Virus record (IMG/VR): IMGVR_UViG_3300032006_001851 | Reading direction: 5' to 3' (one strand) | Length of the DNA stretch: 64,000 bases | DNA from: an uncultured virus (IMG/VR IMGVR_UViG_3300032006_001851) | Lineage: Duplodnaviria; Heunggongvirae; Uroviricota; Caudoviricetes | In this document: positions 20,611-30,719 of the stretch, piece by piece | Layout of the letters: each line of letters opens with the position of its first letter | Numbering within the stretch: the first letter of the stretch is position 1 | Notes under the pieces: generated by a model | Databases searched by the model: none | What the model saw: only the letters and a program-made list of their open reading frames with translations | What the model was told of the DNA's origin: nothing | Made by a program: the position numbers and the translations under genes

Positions 20611-21106
20611 TTATATCTTCCAGTTCTTTTTCTTCCAAAATATAGTTAAGGGGTCCGTCCCTGTACAGGCGACGTTTTGTTTTTTTAACAACCTCATCCC
20701 TCTTAGCAGCACCAACAATCCAGACATTTGAGTAGTCTTTCTTGTCAACATAACATAGAACGTAGTAGTCTATTTCCTTGTTTGGTCTGTAGGCGGGCAC
20801 TCTAAGGTAGGGATCTTTCCAGTATGTGGTTGTCTTGACTTCTATATTTCCACAACCCTCTACGGAATTGTCTACACCGGCATCTCCATGTTCTTGGAAG
20901 ATGGTTTTATCCATGTCTACCCCAAAGAAGTGGGCCACAGCAGCTTCGCCCACAGCCCCTACAATGTGTACATCTTCCGAACTTCTGTATGTGTTGTTGT
21001 AACTTTTAGAACCGAACTTTTCCTTCTTCGCGTCTCTCTTCTTGGCTATTTCTATAGCCTCGTTCAATTTCTCTACTGGAAGATCAATTTTGACTCTGTT
21101 ATTCAT
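20576..21106 (-). CDS. Putative restriction-endonuclease-fold nuclease
   Basis: GEAAVA...DAGVD...IEVKT pattern. Confidence 0.5.
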   Translation of the reverse strand: MNNRVKIDLPVEKLNEAIEIAKKRDAKKEKFGSKSYNNTYRSSEDVHIVGAVGEAAVAHFFGVDMDKTIFQEHGDAGVDNSVEGCGNIEVKTTTYWKDPYLRVPAYRPNKEIDYYVLCYVDKKDYSNVWIVGAAKRDEVVKKTKRRLYRDGPLNYILEEKELEDINDSMLSKKQQS

Positions 21107-21488
21107 CGTTCTTCTCCCTGTCATATTTGTCCTCTAGCCTCACAATGTCGTCCTCGGAACATTGCCCAAACTGCATTTCATAAATCACAAGGTCTACATC
21201 ACCCGTGTTGATAATTTGATGAGCGTCGTTCTTTCTGATCTCAATGGTGAACCCCGGTCTAACCTTCCAGTTATCCAAATTATTCCACCGCATGATTCCA
21301 GTTCCTTCTATTACGTACCAGAACTCACTTCTCTTGTGATGTATCTGATGCGATATTTCCTCGCCGGGATTAATAACAATTTTTTTAAAAACGACGTTGT
21401 CGCTTCTAAAATAGTCTGTATATTCTCCCCAAGGTTTTTTTACTGGAAAAGTGTAACCCATATATTCTACCGATTCTTGCTTAGTCAT
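21099..21488 (-). CDS. Cupin, type II phosphomannose isomerase C-terminal-like
   Basis: KPWG, KKIVINPG, SHQIHHKRSEFW, EDDIVRLEDKY. Confidence 0.85.
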   Translation of the reverse strand: MTKQESVEYMGYTFPVKKPWGEYTDYFRSDNVVFKKIVINPGEEISHQIHHKRSEFWYVIEGTGIMRWNNLDNWKVRPGFTIEIRKNDAHQIINTGDVDLVIYEMQFGQCSEDDIVRLEDKYDREKNDE

Positions 21489-22267
21489 TACCCTACCTTG
21501 GATTGTAGCCAGCCCCACTGTTTCAGAACATCCATCAAAGCCCTATTGGCTTCATCCATAGTCATCTTGGCATTATCAATTACATGATCGTATCCCTCGT
21601 ATGAATCTGTCAAAGCTGTTTCACTTGCATGGTTGTCTTCATGAGGACATCTGGTTAACCGAATAACTTTGCCTCCAACACTTTTTATGGCGTCAACCTC
21701 GTTAGGAAATCTACAGTCGGAAATTATAGCAAGCTCAGTGTTGCTATCTTTTATTCTTGTTAAGCAAGAGTTTGTCCATATATCCGATTTGATTGCCCTG
21801 CAAACATCTGTGCCAAACAGTTGTAAAAATTCTCTGGCTGTTAGAAACTTTTTGTCCCCCAAGTCCTTGTTCAATAGCTTACGCATAAACTTAGTTTTTA
21901 CCGGAGTTTTGGTGTCCTTGTCTTCGCCAGAGCCATAGCATTGCTGTTCTGTGAGACCGAAAAGATGAATAGCAAGCAGCTTGAGCGGGTCGGCAAAGCT
22001 GAAAGCTTTAACGTATGGCCAAACCATCTGCGAAGCATAGTCAACGAATTCGTTGTCTAGCCTACTAACGTCCAAAACGCCAACGCCTTCCTCCTCCTCG
22101 CCTTTTTCATTGGTGGTCATGGCGTTAACTAGAAGTTCGCCCTTGTCGTTCATCATAAATTTAGTTACAGCTTCATGAAGCCTGAGTTGGTAACCATGTA
22201 GAAAATTTGAACACGTGGTCTTTCCGCTCTGCTTCGCACCAGATATCCCTAAAATCTTTTGCTCCAT
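21488..22267 (-). CDS. Deoxynucleoside monophosphate kinase
   Basis: GAKQSGKTT, SFADPLK, REFLQLFGTD, DCRFPNE, HASE. Confidence 0.88.
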   Translation of the reverse strand: MEQKILGISGAKQSGKTTCSNFLHGYQLRLHEAVTKFMMNDKGELLVNAMTTNEKGEEEEGVGVLDVSRLDNEFVDYASQMVWPYVKAFSFADPLKLLAIHLFGLTEQQCYGSGEDKDTKTPVKTKFMRKLLNKDLGDKKFLTAREFLQLFGTDVCRAIKSDIWTNSCLTRIKDSNTELAIISDCRFPNEVDAIKSVGGKVIRLTRCPHEDNHASETALTDSYEGYDHVIDNAKMTMDEANRALMDVLKQWGWLQSKVG

Positions 22268-23313
22268 TATATCATCCCCTCAAGTTGTGGTTTGATTTCT
22301 TCTTCTATTTCGAGTACGCTCATTTCGCCAATATCTTCTTTGGAAAATGTAGGACAGACAATATGAAAAAGCCTGTCGCATTTCTGTATGACGGACTGTC
22401 TTGCTTTCTCTCCCGCTTCATCGTTATCAGCAAGCACTACTAAATTAAGAGCGCCAGAGGTCTCTAAAATTCTAGACTGACCATCACTAAGGCTAGACCC
22501 AAACATCCCCACCGAATTGCGTATGCCAGCTTCATACAATCTCCAAACATCTCCCTGACCCTCGACAAGTATTGCAGTTCTCGTTTCCCTGATCCTGTCT
22601 TTTGCCAGCCAGTATCCATAAAGATAAGCTCCTGAATTGAAGTGCTTGGAGTTTATCCACTTGTTTCCATTGCTGTTCTCGTGTGGAACTCTGCCAACGC
22701 ATCCTATCATAAATTTATGATCATCATCGTAAACTGGGGCAACTATCCTGTTCTTCATCTGCTTCTTCTGATCAGTACAAATTCCAATATCAAAAACATC
22801 CAGAGTCTTCTCGTCGTAACCTCTGTTCACGTAATATTCTACCGGTCTAGATAGAGATTCTCTTACAAGATTCCTGCTAATTGAATACTTCGGCTTTGAT
22901 ACGGACTGGTAAACCTTTTCAGACAATTCTATAAATTTTTCCAGCTTAAAATTTTTACCCTCTTCCTCTAGTTCTTCTTTAGAGGATGACGTGAAATTTA
23001 ATGCGAAATCCACGGCTTCGGAGAAAGCTATCTCCTCTCCTTTCTGCGCGGTTAGAAGACCCCTTATCAAGCCTATAGGGGTCGGAACAAACTTACGCTC
23101 ACATCCATGAGTCCAGCATCTCCAGTATCCAAAGTATTGATCTCTAGTTGTAGTTACCGTGAATGCTTGAGGGTTGTCTGCCCCCTCATGGATTGGACAA
23201 ACTGAAGTTATTCTGTCGTATTGTTCAAAATATCTGACGCCAAAGAAGTCAAAAAGATCTGTCATCTTTTCCGCTACTTTGTTTGACAAAACTATTAGTT
23301 GCTTCTTATCCAT
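22267..23313 (-). CDS. dnaG: DNA primase (Zn finger and TOPRIM)
   Basis: CPIH...CWTHGC, LVEGQGD, DNDEAG. Confidence 0.9.
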   Translation of the reverse strand: MDKKQLIVLSNKVAEKMTDLFDFFGVRYFEQYDRITSVCPIHEGADNPQAFTVTTTRDQYFGYWRCWTHGCERKFVPTPIGLIRGLLTAQKGEEIAFSEAVDFALNFTSSSKEELEEEGKNFKLEKFIELSEKVYQSVSKPKYSISRNLVRESLSRPVEYYVNRGYDEKTLDVFDIGICTDQKKQMKNRIVAPVYDDDHKFMIGCVGRVPHENSNGNKWINSKHFNSGAYLYGYWLAKDRIRETRTAILVEGQGDVWRLYEAGIRNSVGMFGSSLSDGQSRILETSGALNLVVLADNDEAGEKARQSVIQKCDRLFHIVCPTFSKEDIGEMSVLEIEEEIKPQLEGMI

Positions 23314-24773
23314 TAAAATGGGCTTTCTTTGTCATCTAAATTATCAATGGCAAAACCACCAGACTCTTGCCTTTGGGTGCTGAATTTTAATTCGTTGCGA
23401 GTCTCCTTTTCGTCAACCCTTGCCACCTCTCCCTTCATCGACATATTGATGTAATCGTAATCATCCATGCCAGAACCATGTCTGCTGACAATTGGAATCA
23501 ATTTTCTATTTCCGCTCTCTCCTTGGTCTTCTGCAACCTCTTCATCGGATTTCTTTTTAAAGATGGAAAAACTACTACACAGCCAGATCAATCTATCAGA
23601 CCCGCTTACAACATCTGTGCTCTCTTTGGTGATGCCATCTCGGTTCAATTGAACAAAAGCTAAGCATGGGCAATCATATTGAACGCAAAAATTGTGCAGT
23701 TGTGTAATTTGAAATCCCAAAACCTGAAACTCTTTCATGCTGTCACTTATCTGATTAGAATGCATGAGCTTCAGGTAGTCGTATATAATCATGCAATCAT
23801 TTACGCGACCATTTTCGTCGTACCCCACGTTTTTGACTATCCACCTTCTTATAACAGAGAGGGTTTCTTCGAAGGGTTTTCCGGCGATGGTAATATAGCT
23901 TAGCGGAATCTCCTTAAACTTTTGCGTGGCCTGTTGAATTTTTTCCCTGTCGCAAGCGCTGTTGGAAAACTTCCCGGTGGAGATATCGTTAATGTTTACT
24001 CCACTGAAATTTCCAAGTATCCGGTTGAAGTGGTCCTCTTTGGACATTTCTGTATCCAGCAACAGCACGGGGACATCTAATTTTTCAGCAATGTTTATGG
24101 CGACATTGTCTGCCATCATGCTTTTGCCGACCTTCGGCCTAGCCGCGATGAGATCCACACACTTCCTCCTAAAGCCACCGCCAATCGCGCTATCATATCT
24201 AAGAAATCCACTGCTAAGACCCAGCATGTCGGAGGGGTTTTCTTCTAGATGCGTAACATAGTCCTCAACTTCTTCACCAAGAACTGTCGGCTTGTCTTCT
24301 ACCGAGTGATTAAGTGCTGCGGACAAGTCGAAAATTGGACCCTCCGCTATATTAAGAATCTCGTCTATAGATTCGTCACCAGTAACGTCTCCGATATCAG
24401 AATTGATCTTTCGTATCTTGGATCTGATATCTCTGGCTACGTCAAGCTTCTTCAGCTTTACCGCATGCTGCCTGACATTATCTAGTTCAACTTCTAGATT
24501 AGCCAAAGCTCCAATATGGTCTGAGGATATTTTTTCGTTAAAGACTTCTTGTAGGCCCAAGTCTTGAGCAGCACTCAGGACAGATGGCAAGTCTACGATT
24601 GAGCTTTTACTGAGGACTCGCTTGAGGCAAGTATATATTATCTGGTTTTCTTCTAAGGTGAAAGTTTGGACATCTATAATATCGTCTACGTCAATAAACG
24701 CATCTGACCCGTGTTGTATAATGCCAGACAGGACTGCCCTCTCGGAAGCCGGATTGTTGATTGGCTTAACCAT
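23313..24773 (-). CDS. dnaB: Replicative DnaB-like helicase
   Basis: SERAVLSG, AARPKVGKS, DTEM, DYLKL, QLNR. Confidence 0.93.
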   Translation of the reverse strand: MVKPINNPASERAVLSGIIQHGSDAFIDVDDIIDVQTFTLEENQIIYTCLKRVLSKSSIVDLPSVLSAAQDLGLQEVFNEKISSDHIGALANLEVELDNVRQHAVKLKKLDVARDIRSKIRKINSDIGDVTGDESIDEILNIAEGPIFDLSAALNHSVEDKPTVLGEEVEDYVTHLEENPSDMLGLSSGFLRYDSAIGGGFRRKCVDLIAARPKVGKSMMADNVAINIAEKLDVPVLLLDTEMSKEDHFNRILGNFSGVNINDISTGKFSNSACDREKIQQATQKFKEIPLSYITIAGKPFEETLSVIRRWIVKNVGYDENGRVNDCMIIYDYLKLMHSNQISDSMKEFQVLGFQITQLHNFCVQYDCPCLAFVQLNRDGITKESTDVVSGSDRLIWLCSSFSIFKKKSDEEVAEDQGESGNRKLIPIVSRHGSGMDDYDYINMSMKGEVARVDEKETRNELKFSTQRQESGGFAIDNLDDKESPF

Positions 24774-24775
24774 GA

Positions 24776-25174
24776 TTACCTGCTGGAACACCTGTCACAA
24801 CGATAAAATTCCCTACCCTGCATTAACGATTCGGGAATTCTCTCTGTCTTGTTGCAAATATGACACTGTATATCTATCAAAGAAGCTCTCGGCCTGTTTC
24901 TTTCCGTTAACTCTATTTCTGGAGTTACGATATCTTTCGACTCATCGCTGTCGTCTGTAAATTGATTCGCCCCTGCGCTGATGGGTTCTGATCTGGCTAT
25001 CCGAGTCTTTCCCTTTGACTTATTTTTCGCCGGGGCTATGAAATCATCTTTAGGATCTTGCGTTTGGTCAACCCCTGAAAGCGATTCCCCGGTGAGATTT
25101 TCAAAACCTTCTGACACGAGCTTCATATCATTGCTTAATATTCCAGATCTAATTTTGTCTAATGGGCTTGTCAT
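24776..25174 (-). CDS. Hypothetical protein with a C-terminal Zn ribbon
   Basis: CHIC...CDRC. Confidence 0.6.
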   Translation of the reverse strand: MTSPLDKIRSGILSNDMKLVSEGFENLTGESLSGVDQTQDPKDDFIAPAKNKSKGKTRIARSEPISAGANQFTDDSDESKDIVTPEIELTERNRPRASLIDIQCHICNKTERIPESLMQGREFYRCDRCSSR

Positions 25175-25659
25175 GAATATGTTTTCCTTTTGCTCAACTC
25201 CATTAACGTATCAGCCATCTTTCGTATGTCTCTGATTTTATCCGTAAGCCAAATAACCCTAGATTCTGAAACAAGTTTTGCGTCGAATATCTTCCTAGCG
25301 AATTCATCCTGCTCTACAACAGTGTAATACTTTTGTTCCCACTTCATATATTTGCTGAATGAATCTGCCTGTTTCGCAACCATCTTATTTATCTGGCTAT
25401 CGCACCAATAGAGTTTAACCTGATGCCTGTTGAAAACTGACTGAACGTAACTACAGTATGCGTATAGGCAGTAGGCTTTTTCGCAACAGTCTTCAGAAGA
25501 TATAGATTTTAATTCAATTCCAGTGAGGTTTAGTATCGCTTCAACCTCTGGATTTATCTGAATGCGTTGAACATCTTCTCCTATGATATAGGAGTCGATA
25601 GACTTTACAAAACTATCTAATTCATCTATCGATGATTTGTTGTGTCCACTCATCGTCAC
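25171..25659 (-). CDS. Hypothetical helical protein (possible recombination mediator)
   Basis: 162-aa coupled ORF near RecA; function inferred from position only. Confidence 0.5.
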   Translation of the reverse strand: MTMSGHNKSSIDELDSFVKSIDSYIIGEDVQRIQINPEVEAILNLTGIELKSISSEDCCEKAYCLYAYCSYVQSVFNRHQVKLYWCDSQINKMVAKQADSFSKYMKWEQKYYTVVEQDEFARKIFDAKLVSESRVIWLTDKIRDIRKMADTLMELSKRKTYS

Positions 25660-26032
25660 TGCCTGTGTATTTTAAGATAACAATGTTAATATCATTTAAT
25701 TCGCACCAGCGAATCTTGTCTCTGTCTCTAGCTTTAGACTTATAAAAACCACTCACTGTTTTGTGATAAAAATCTACGAACTCGTAGTGCTGTCTCCCAT
25801 GAACCTCAACCATAAGATTCCTTGAGGGTATAAAAAAATCAGCGTACAGTGTAGATGTGCGAGTAACAGTATTGCTGCCGGGTAGAGATACCTCTTCTAA
25901 GATTATATCTCGTTTAAACAAGTTGCGCAAAATTAATCTAGTTCTTTTGTGAGGGGCAGACTTGTGGGAAGCCTTGGACTTCCTTGAAAGATTCCAGTGT
26001 CTCTCTCTACCATCAAAGCCAACTACGTTCAA
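25622..26032 (-). CDS. Vsr/DUF559-like endonuclease
   Basis: YADFFIP, VEVHGRQHY, RDRDKIRWC. Confidence 0.75.
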   Translation of the reverse strand: MNVVGFDGRERHWNLSRKSKASHKSAPHKRTRLILRNLFKRDIILEEVSLPGSNTVTRTSTLYADFFIPSRNLMVEVHGRQHYEFVDFYHKTVSGFYKSKARDRDKIRWCELNDINIVILKYTGSDDEWTQQIIDR

Positions 26033-27108
26033 AACATCTCCTTGATTTGCTTCTCTAGAAGCTTCAGCGTGTCTGGATTCTCGTTTAGGAAAGTGACCGC
26101 TCTATCCTGACCTTGGAATTGGAAGAACGATTTGACTGCCTTTTCGTCTTCTGCATCTATGTTGTTCTGTTTTAGAAGCGAAGAAAACTGATCTGCTTTT
26201 TCAACAAGATAGTTGCAGGTGTACCAAGCTCCAGCCTTTCCGATGAGATCGAGATCAACAGCCATTATAAAAAGCTCTTGAGTTTTATCTATGCCGTGTC
26301 CGTAACGCAGCCAACTCTGGGCTTCGCCGCCGGGAAAACCCCCAGCAGCAGAGGTCATAATTTTCCAATGGATCATCTGCCCTATCTGAGATCCTCCAAC
26401 CTCCCAAGGCTTGATGTATCGTATCTCTAAAATATTGTCTGTCTGATATTGTATTCCTCTTCCACCATCTGGAACTTTAGTTTTGCCAAAACCCGAAGTG
26501 TTAGCGATAAGATGGACTATCATAACCACGATAGCTCTTTGTTTTGGAACAATTCCTCCGAGTTTCTTACACCAATTTTTCAGAAGCTTTGGTAGCGATG
26601 GGCGAAACTGAGCGTTAACATCGTCGATTAGTTCTTTTTCAGGTATGAGAGCAGATATTGAATCAATGATCATGACACAGTTTGGGGTCTGTTTAATATA
26701 AGTCTCTGCTATATTTAGATACTGCTCCGCGCTCATTGGTTCGTCGCCGGAACTAACCACCTTGATTTCTTCCGGCCTAAGACCGTGAACGCCAGAGAGG
26801 TTCATGGACTTCAGTCTTCCTTCTACATCCATATAAATAACTGGACGACTACCGTATTCTTCGGACTGACAGGTAGACGCAAATTGCAGAGCAGTTGTAG
26901 TTTTTCCACTTTTTGGATCGCCCATAAAAGTAGCCCAGCTTCCCTCAAGAAGACCACCACCTAGAGCTATATCTAGTGCGGGACTTACGGGAATAACCTG
27001 AAAATTTGACCGCTCTTCAAAAACTTCAGATCCGCTTCTGACTACGTCTCCATACTTTTTTATTATCTCTTTTGTCGTTGACTCATCTAAATATTTCATC
27101 TTAGCCAT
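26029..27108 (-). CDS. recA: RecA/UvsX-like recombinase
   Basis: LDIALGGG, GDPKSGKTT, DVEGR, IIDSISAL, KAGAWY. Confidence 0.9.
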   Translation of the reverse strand: MAKMKYLDESTTKEIIKKYGDVVRSGSEVFEERSNFQVIPVSPALDIALGGGLLEGSWATFMGDPKSGKTTTALQFASTCQSEEYGSRPVIYMDVEGRLKSMNLSGVHGLRPEEIKVVSSGDEPMSAEQYLNIAETYIKQTPNCVMIIDSISALIPEKELIDDVNAQFRPSLPKLLKNWCKKLGGIVPKQRAIVVMIVHLIANTSGFGKTKVPDGGRGIQYQTDNILEIRYIKPWEVGGSQIGQMIHWKIMTSAAGGFPGGEAQSWLRYGHGIDKTQELFIMAVDLDLIGKAGAWYTCNYLVEKADQFSSLLKQNNIDAEDEKAVKSFFQFQGQDRAVTFLNENPDTLKLLEKQIKEMF

Positions 27109-27523
27109 CTAGTTCCCTCAATTTCTGCGCGTTGCTTTTCTTTCCATACGGTTTTCTTGGAGCGTTAGAGCCATCAGAATTATATTCTTTGGGCGGGGCT
27201 ACCTGAGAATTTTGAACATCTATTTGCTTCTGTTCTTTTTGTATAAGAGTCTCTAAGTTTTTCAACCTTAGAGAATAGATGCGTTTTCCGGCAGGTGACT
27301 TGAGAGCGTTGATGATTGCAACGTCATCATATTTTTTAAGCAAAGCGTATGCTTTAGTGACCTGACTACGAAATTTGTTCTTCCACTTTTCTGTATTCCA
27401 TAATTTGTATGCGGGTTGACCCTCATTGGCAGACTCTGCCTCCCGCAAGCAAACCATTTCGGCAATGTATTGTGCCGCATTACATTTCTGTCCCGTCGTC
27501 ACATGCTGATAAACTTTCGTCAT
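27101..27523 (-). CDS. Hypothetical protein
   Basis: 140-aa ORF in the coupled gene run. Confidence 0.6.
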   Translation of the reverse strand: MTKVYQHVTTGQKCNAAQYIAEMVCLREAESANEGQPAYKLWNTEKWKNKFRSQVTKAYALLKKYDDVAIINALKSPAGKRIYSLRLKNLETLIQKEQKQIDVQNSQVAPPKEYNSDGSNAPRKPYGKKSNAQKLRELDG

Positions 27524-27956
27524 TGCAATTCCTTTTTATCAAAAAAATTCCGGCATCACCCGGATCTCTATCTTCGTAGGCGTCTGGAATGACTTCTGGG
27601 AGATTCCAACGACGAACTCTCAAGCTATCATTTTCTAGGACGCCGACTACAAAGGAGTGGTTTGTTTTATCTCCGAAAAGAAATTTCCCCGCACCCTTAC
27701 AGAAATAATAGCCGTCGCCGCCGGTTCCGACAACCTCAACATGTGAACGATTTTTTATGCTCATGCTCGTTATATACACCCCCTCCTCCTCGCAGTATAT
27801 TCCGAGCCTTTCCCACGCGCTCTGCGGCGTCACGCCGGGTCTTCCGTCATCCTGATAGATAGTTTCATTGTTTGAAAGAGTCACTATCCAAATTGGATTA
27901 CTGTCCGCATAAACATTCACATATCCATCTATTGACTTGGCAACAGATGTTGTCAT
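27480..27956 (-). CDS. Hypothetical protein
   Basis: 158-aa ORF in the coupled gene run. Confidence 0.55.
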   Translation of the reverse strand: MTTSVAKSIDGYVNVYADSNPIWIVTLSNNETIYQDDGRPGVTPQSAWERLGIYCEEEGVYITSMSIKNRSHVEVVGTGGDGYYFCKGAGKFLFGDKTNHSFVVGVLENDSLRVRRWNLPEVIPDAYEDRDPGDAGIFLIKRNCNDESLSACDDGTEM

Positions 27957-28276
27957 TCTCTTATCCTGTGAACTACGGAGTCATTGATTCTTGAATTGGA
28001 TGATGACTTTGTTTCATCCGCCAATTCGGAAGCCGCTGGAGTCATTATTGTAACACCTCTACGCTTTTGAGATGCGGTTGTGTTACCCATTAAATCTCCA
28101 ACAATAGAACCTGCTTCATTCTTTATGGGAGTAGTGTGCTTGGTTTTAGTTTTACGATACTTGGAAATAGAATTTGTTGTTCTATCAAGATCCGAAGCTA
28201 ACTCTTCCACAGTTAAGCCGGAATTGTTGTCGATGTAACACTTATCTACTTTTGTCAGTGGTCCTCTCTTAGACAT
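27953..28276 (-). CDS. Small HTH-like protein
   Basis: LTVEELASDLDRTTNSISKY helix-turn-helix pattern. Confidence 0.55.
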   Translation of the reverse strand: MSKRGPLTKVDKCYIDNNSGLTVEELASDLDRTTNSISKYRKTKTKHTTPIKNEAGSIVGDLMGNTTASQKRRGVTIMTPAASELADETKSSSNSRINDSVVHRIRE

Positions 28277-28574
28277 CTATGCATCTCCTTTCGGCTCTCA
28301 GCAAGAGATCGCCCCTGCGATTCTTGAGATAGCCTAAGTATAAATCGAATGTGGTTGCATCTACTTTTCTGTACTGAGCATCTCTGATCTTATTTTTATC
28401 CAAACCATGTGGATCGAACAGCTTGCCACGATGGAACTTTACGAAGAAGGTGTCGGCTTCGTCTCCGGTGGCTGTTTTGGCACAAGCAGAAGCTGTTTCT
28501 TCGGTGGACTGCTTACCGTTTGGGAGAACATAATGAATCTCTGTGTTGTCCTCCTGAAAAAATTCCTCGGTCAT
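28269..28574 (-). CDS. Hypothetical protein
   Basis: 101-aa coupled ORF. Confidence 0.55.
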   Translation of the reverse strand: MTEEFFQEDNTEIHYVLPNGKQSTEETASACAKTATGDEADTFFVKFHRGKLFDPHGLDKNKIRDAQYRKVDATTFDLYLGYLKNRRGDLLLRAERRCIDV

Positions 28575-28885
28575 ACTTCACCTTCCTTTTGTGAAACAGC
28601 ATGGATTAATGTCATGCCATCAGACTCTTCAATGTCAACAATTCTACTTTTGTCTGTGCAGCCAATATAAAACTCCCCCTCTACAAGATATTTCCAGCTT
28701 GATCCTTGACAATCCGGGTTGTCACAGATGACCTTAATATCTGTACGTCTTTCAGATTCCTGCACTCGCCAAATGTCTATAAGCGGAGAGTGACAATCTG
28801 CACAGTCTATAATTGTGTGTCCGAGATCTTCTAGATCAGACGCTGAGCCTTCAAAATCGTCGTAGTCGTCATTATAATCATTCAT
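28571..28885 (-). CDS. Hypothetical Zn-ribbon protein
   Basis: CADC...CDNPDC. Confidence 0.55.
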   Translation of the reverse strand: MNDYNDDYDDFEGSASDLEDLGHTIIDCADCHSPLIDIWRVQESERRTDIKVICDNPDCQGSSWKYLVEGEFYIGCTDKSRIVDIEESDGMTLIHAVSQKEGEV

Positions 28886-29247
28886 TTTCTTCCAGTCCTA
28901 ACATATCTATGTTTTTGTGAATCGGACATCTTGTTTATTTCCTGCGAACTTGCATCTCCACTGGAGTGATGCCAAGGGCCGCCTTTCTTCTTCTTAAAGT
29001 TTCCTTCGTCTTGCCTTCCTCTAGCATCCGACAATTCGTAATGCCCCATAGATTTTGTGTTGCGTTCTGCTAGCTGCCCAATGGTTTGAGCCTCCCCTCG
29101 AACAAAAACCTTTGGAGGAGACAACACTCTTTCCAGCTTATGCTTATTGCATTCAGGACATCTCTTCTTCGGCTTGTAGGTTTTTATGCTCTGATTGACT
29201 GAGAACTCGTGTTCACAATTTGCGCATCTATACTCGTACTCGGGCAT
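28882..29247 (-). CDS. FmdB-family Zn-ribbon protein
   Basis: MPEYEYRCANCEHEF...CPEC. Confidence 0.85.
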   Translation of the reverse strand: MPEYEYRCANCEHEFSVNQSIKTYKPKKRCPECNKHKLERVLSPPKVFVRGEAQTIGQLAERNTKSMGHYELSDARGRQDEGNFKKKKGGPWHHSSGDASSQEINKMSDSQKHRYVRTGRK

Positions 29248-29248
29248 T

Positions 29249-29563
29249 TTACACCGCTACATTTTGACCAATATAGACTAGAAGTATGCACTGGAGAGAG
29301 AATATGGTTGTCATTACTGGCCACGCATATTTCTTCTTCCAGTGATATAATACCACCAACAAGCCTAAAGCCGCAACCGTTCCAAACATTTTAACGGCCA
29401 TGAAGAGGGCAACCCCGCCGTTATCCATTTCGATAAGAAGCCTTCCCATGGGATTTAATTCTACCGCATACAACAAGTCTTGATACACTATGGACCAGTA
29501 TATATCAACGGCAGATATTATTCCTATGGCCAGCCACATTATTCCGTAGTAGTATTTACTCAT
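29249..29563 (-). CDS. Small membrane protein (DUF5658-like)
   Basis: Three hydrophobic segments; D...ELNPMG...FMAVK pattern. Confidence 0.55.
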   Translation of the reverse strand: MSKYYYGIMWLAIGIISAVDIYWSIVYQDLLYAVELNPMGRLLIEMDNGGVALFMAVKMFGTVAALGLLVVLYHWKKKYAWPVMTTIFSLQCILLVYIGQNVAV

Positions 29564-30209
29564 CCCAAAAGTCCAGCTTTGCTAAAACACGGGCTATTAT
29601 CTTATTCCTCACTATGTCATCTTCGTCCAACTCTACTATGCTAACCCCTTTAGTGTTGTCAAGTCTCTCGGTACATATGTCTAAGGCCCCTCTGAGTCTC
29701 GGCATCAAGTCAGACTGATCTATGTCGCCATTTATTACACATCTAGAGTTCCGCCCAAGGCGGGTTAAAAACATCTTTATCTGTTCAAACGTGGCGTTTT
29801 GAGCCTCATCTAAAATCATAAACGCATTATGAAAGTTTCTACCCCGCATGTATTCTAGGGGGCAGATCTCTATAATATTCTCCGCTCTAAGCTTTCGGAC
29901 ATTTTCAACCCCTAGAAAAGCGTTCATTTCTTCTATCACGGGGACTAAGTATGGATGTATCTTCTCTTGAAAGGAGCCGGGTAAGTACCCTAGTCCCTTC
30001 CCAGATTCTACAACCGGTCTAGTGATTATTATTTTTTCAACTTTGTTTGCATTTAAATGTTCGCATGCCAACCCAACCGCCACGGCAGTCTTGCCGCTTC
30101 CGGCTGGACCAGTGCATACAGTAATATCTGATTCTGTAATTGCTCTGATATATTCAAATTGGTTAGGTGTTTTCGCTTTGAGATTTCTTCGATGTTGTCT
30201 CTTTTTCAT
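29556..30209 (-). CDS. phoH: PhoH-like ATPase
   Basis: GPAGSGKT, ITRPVVE, LGYLPG, YMRGRNF, LDEAQN, GDIDQSD. Confidence 0.95.
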   Translation of the reverse strand: MKKRQHRRNLKAKTPNQFEYIRAITESDITVCTGPAGSGKTAVAVGLACEHLNANKVEKIIITRPVVESGKGLGYLPGSFQEKIHPYLVPVIEEMNAFLGVENVRKLRAENIIEICPLEYMRGRNFHNAFMILDEAQNATFEQIKMFLTRLGRNSRCVINGDIDQSDLMPRLRGALDICTERLDNTKGVSIVELDEDDIVRNKIIARVLAKLDFWDE

Positions 30210-30215
30210 ATTATT

Positions 30216-30719
30216 TTATTTACCAGAAGAACCAAACCCTCCACATGATCTAGCAGAATCCTCAAGTTCCTCAACCTCTATGACATGAACTAAGGGTATT
30301 TGTTGAACCACCAACTGAGCTATCCTGTCGCCCCTTTTAATATCGTAGTTAACATGGTAGTGTGGCCAGTCTTTTAATCCGTAGCTGAAATTTGACAAAC
30401 AGACTTTAACTTCTCCACGATAGCCACTGTCTATGACTCCTGCAAACCTATGGATTCCCTTAACGCCCATAGAAGACCTGTCCCAGATTAAACCGACAAA
30501 TCCTTTCGGTATCTCCATCGCTATTCCGGTGCTGATTAAAACTGTTTCACCAGCTTTGATAGATATGTCTTCGTCAGAATATAAATCGAAACCAGCATCA
30601 TGATCGTGTGCTTTGTATGGTAGCTGTGCTGTTTTTGTAAGCTTTTTTATTCTTAGTGAGATTCCATCTTTTGGCTCAATCGAAATCGGAGTATCTGTAC
30701 TATAAGAATATTTATTCAT
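30216..30719 (-). CDS. dut: Trimeric dUTPase
   Basis: AGFDL, RSS, GVIDSGYRGE, RIAQL, R..GGFGSSG. Confidence 0.95.
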   Translation of the reverse strand: MNKYSYSTDTPISIEPKDGISLRIKKLTKTAQLPYKAHDHDAGFDLYSDEDISIKAGETVLISTGIAMEIPKGFVGLIWDRSSMGVKGIHRFAGVIDSGYRGEVKVCLSNFSYGLKDWPHYHVNYDIKRGDRIAQLVVQQIPLVHVIEVEELEDSARSCGGFGSSGK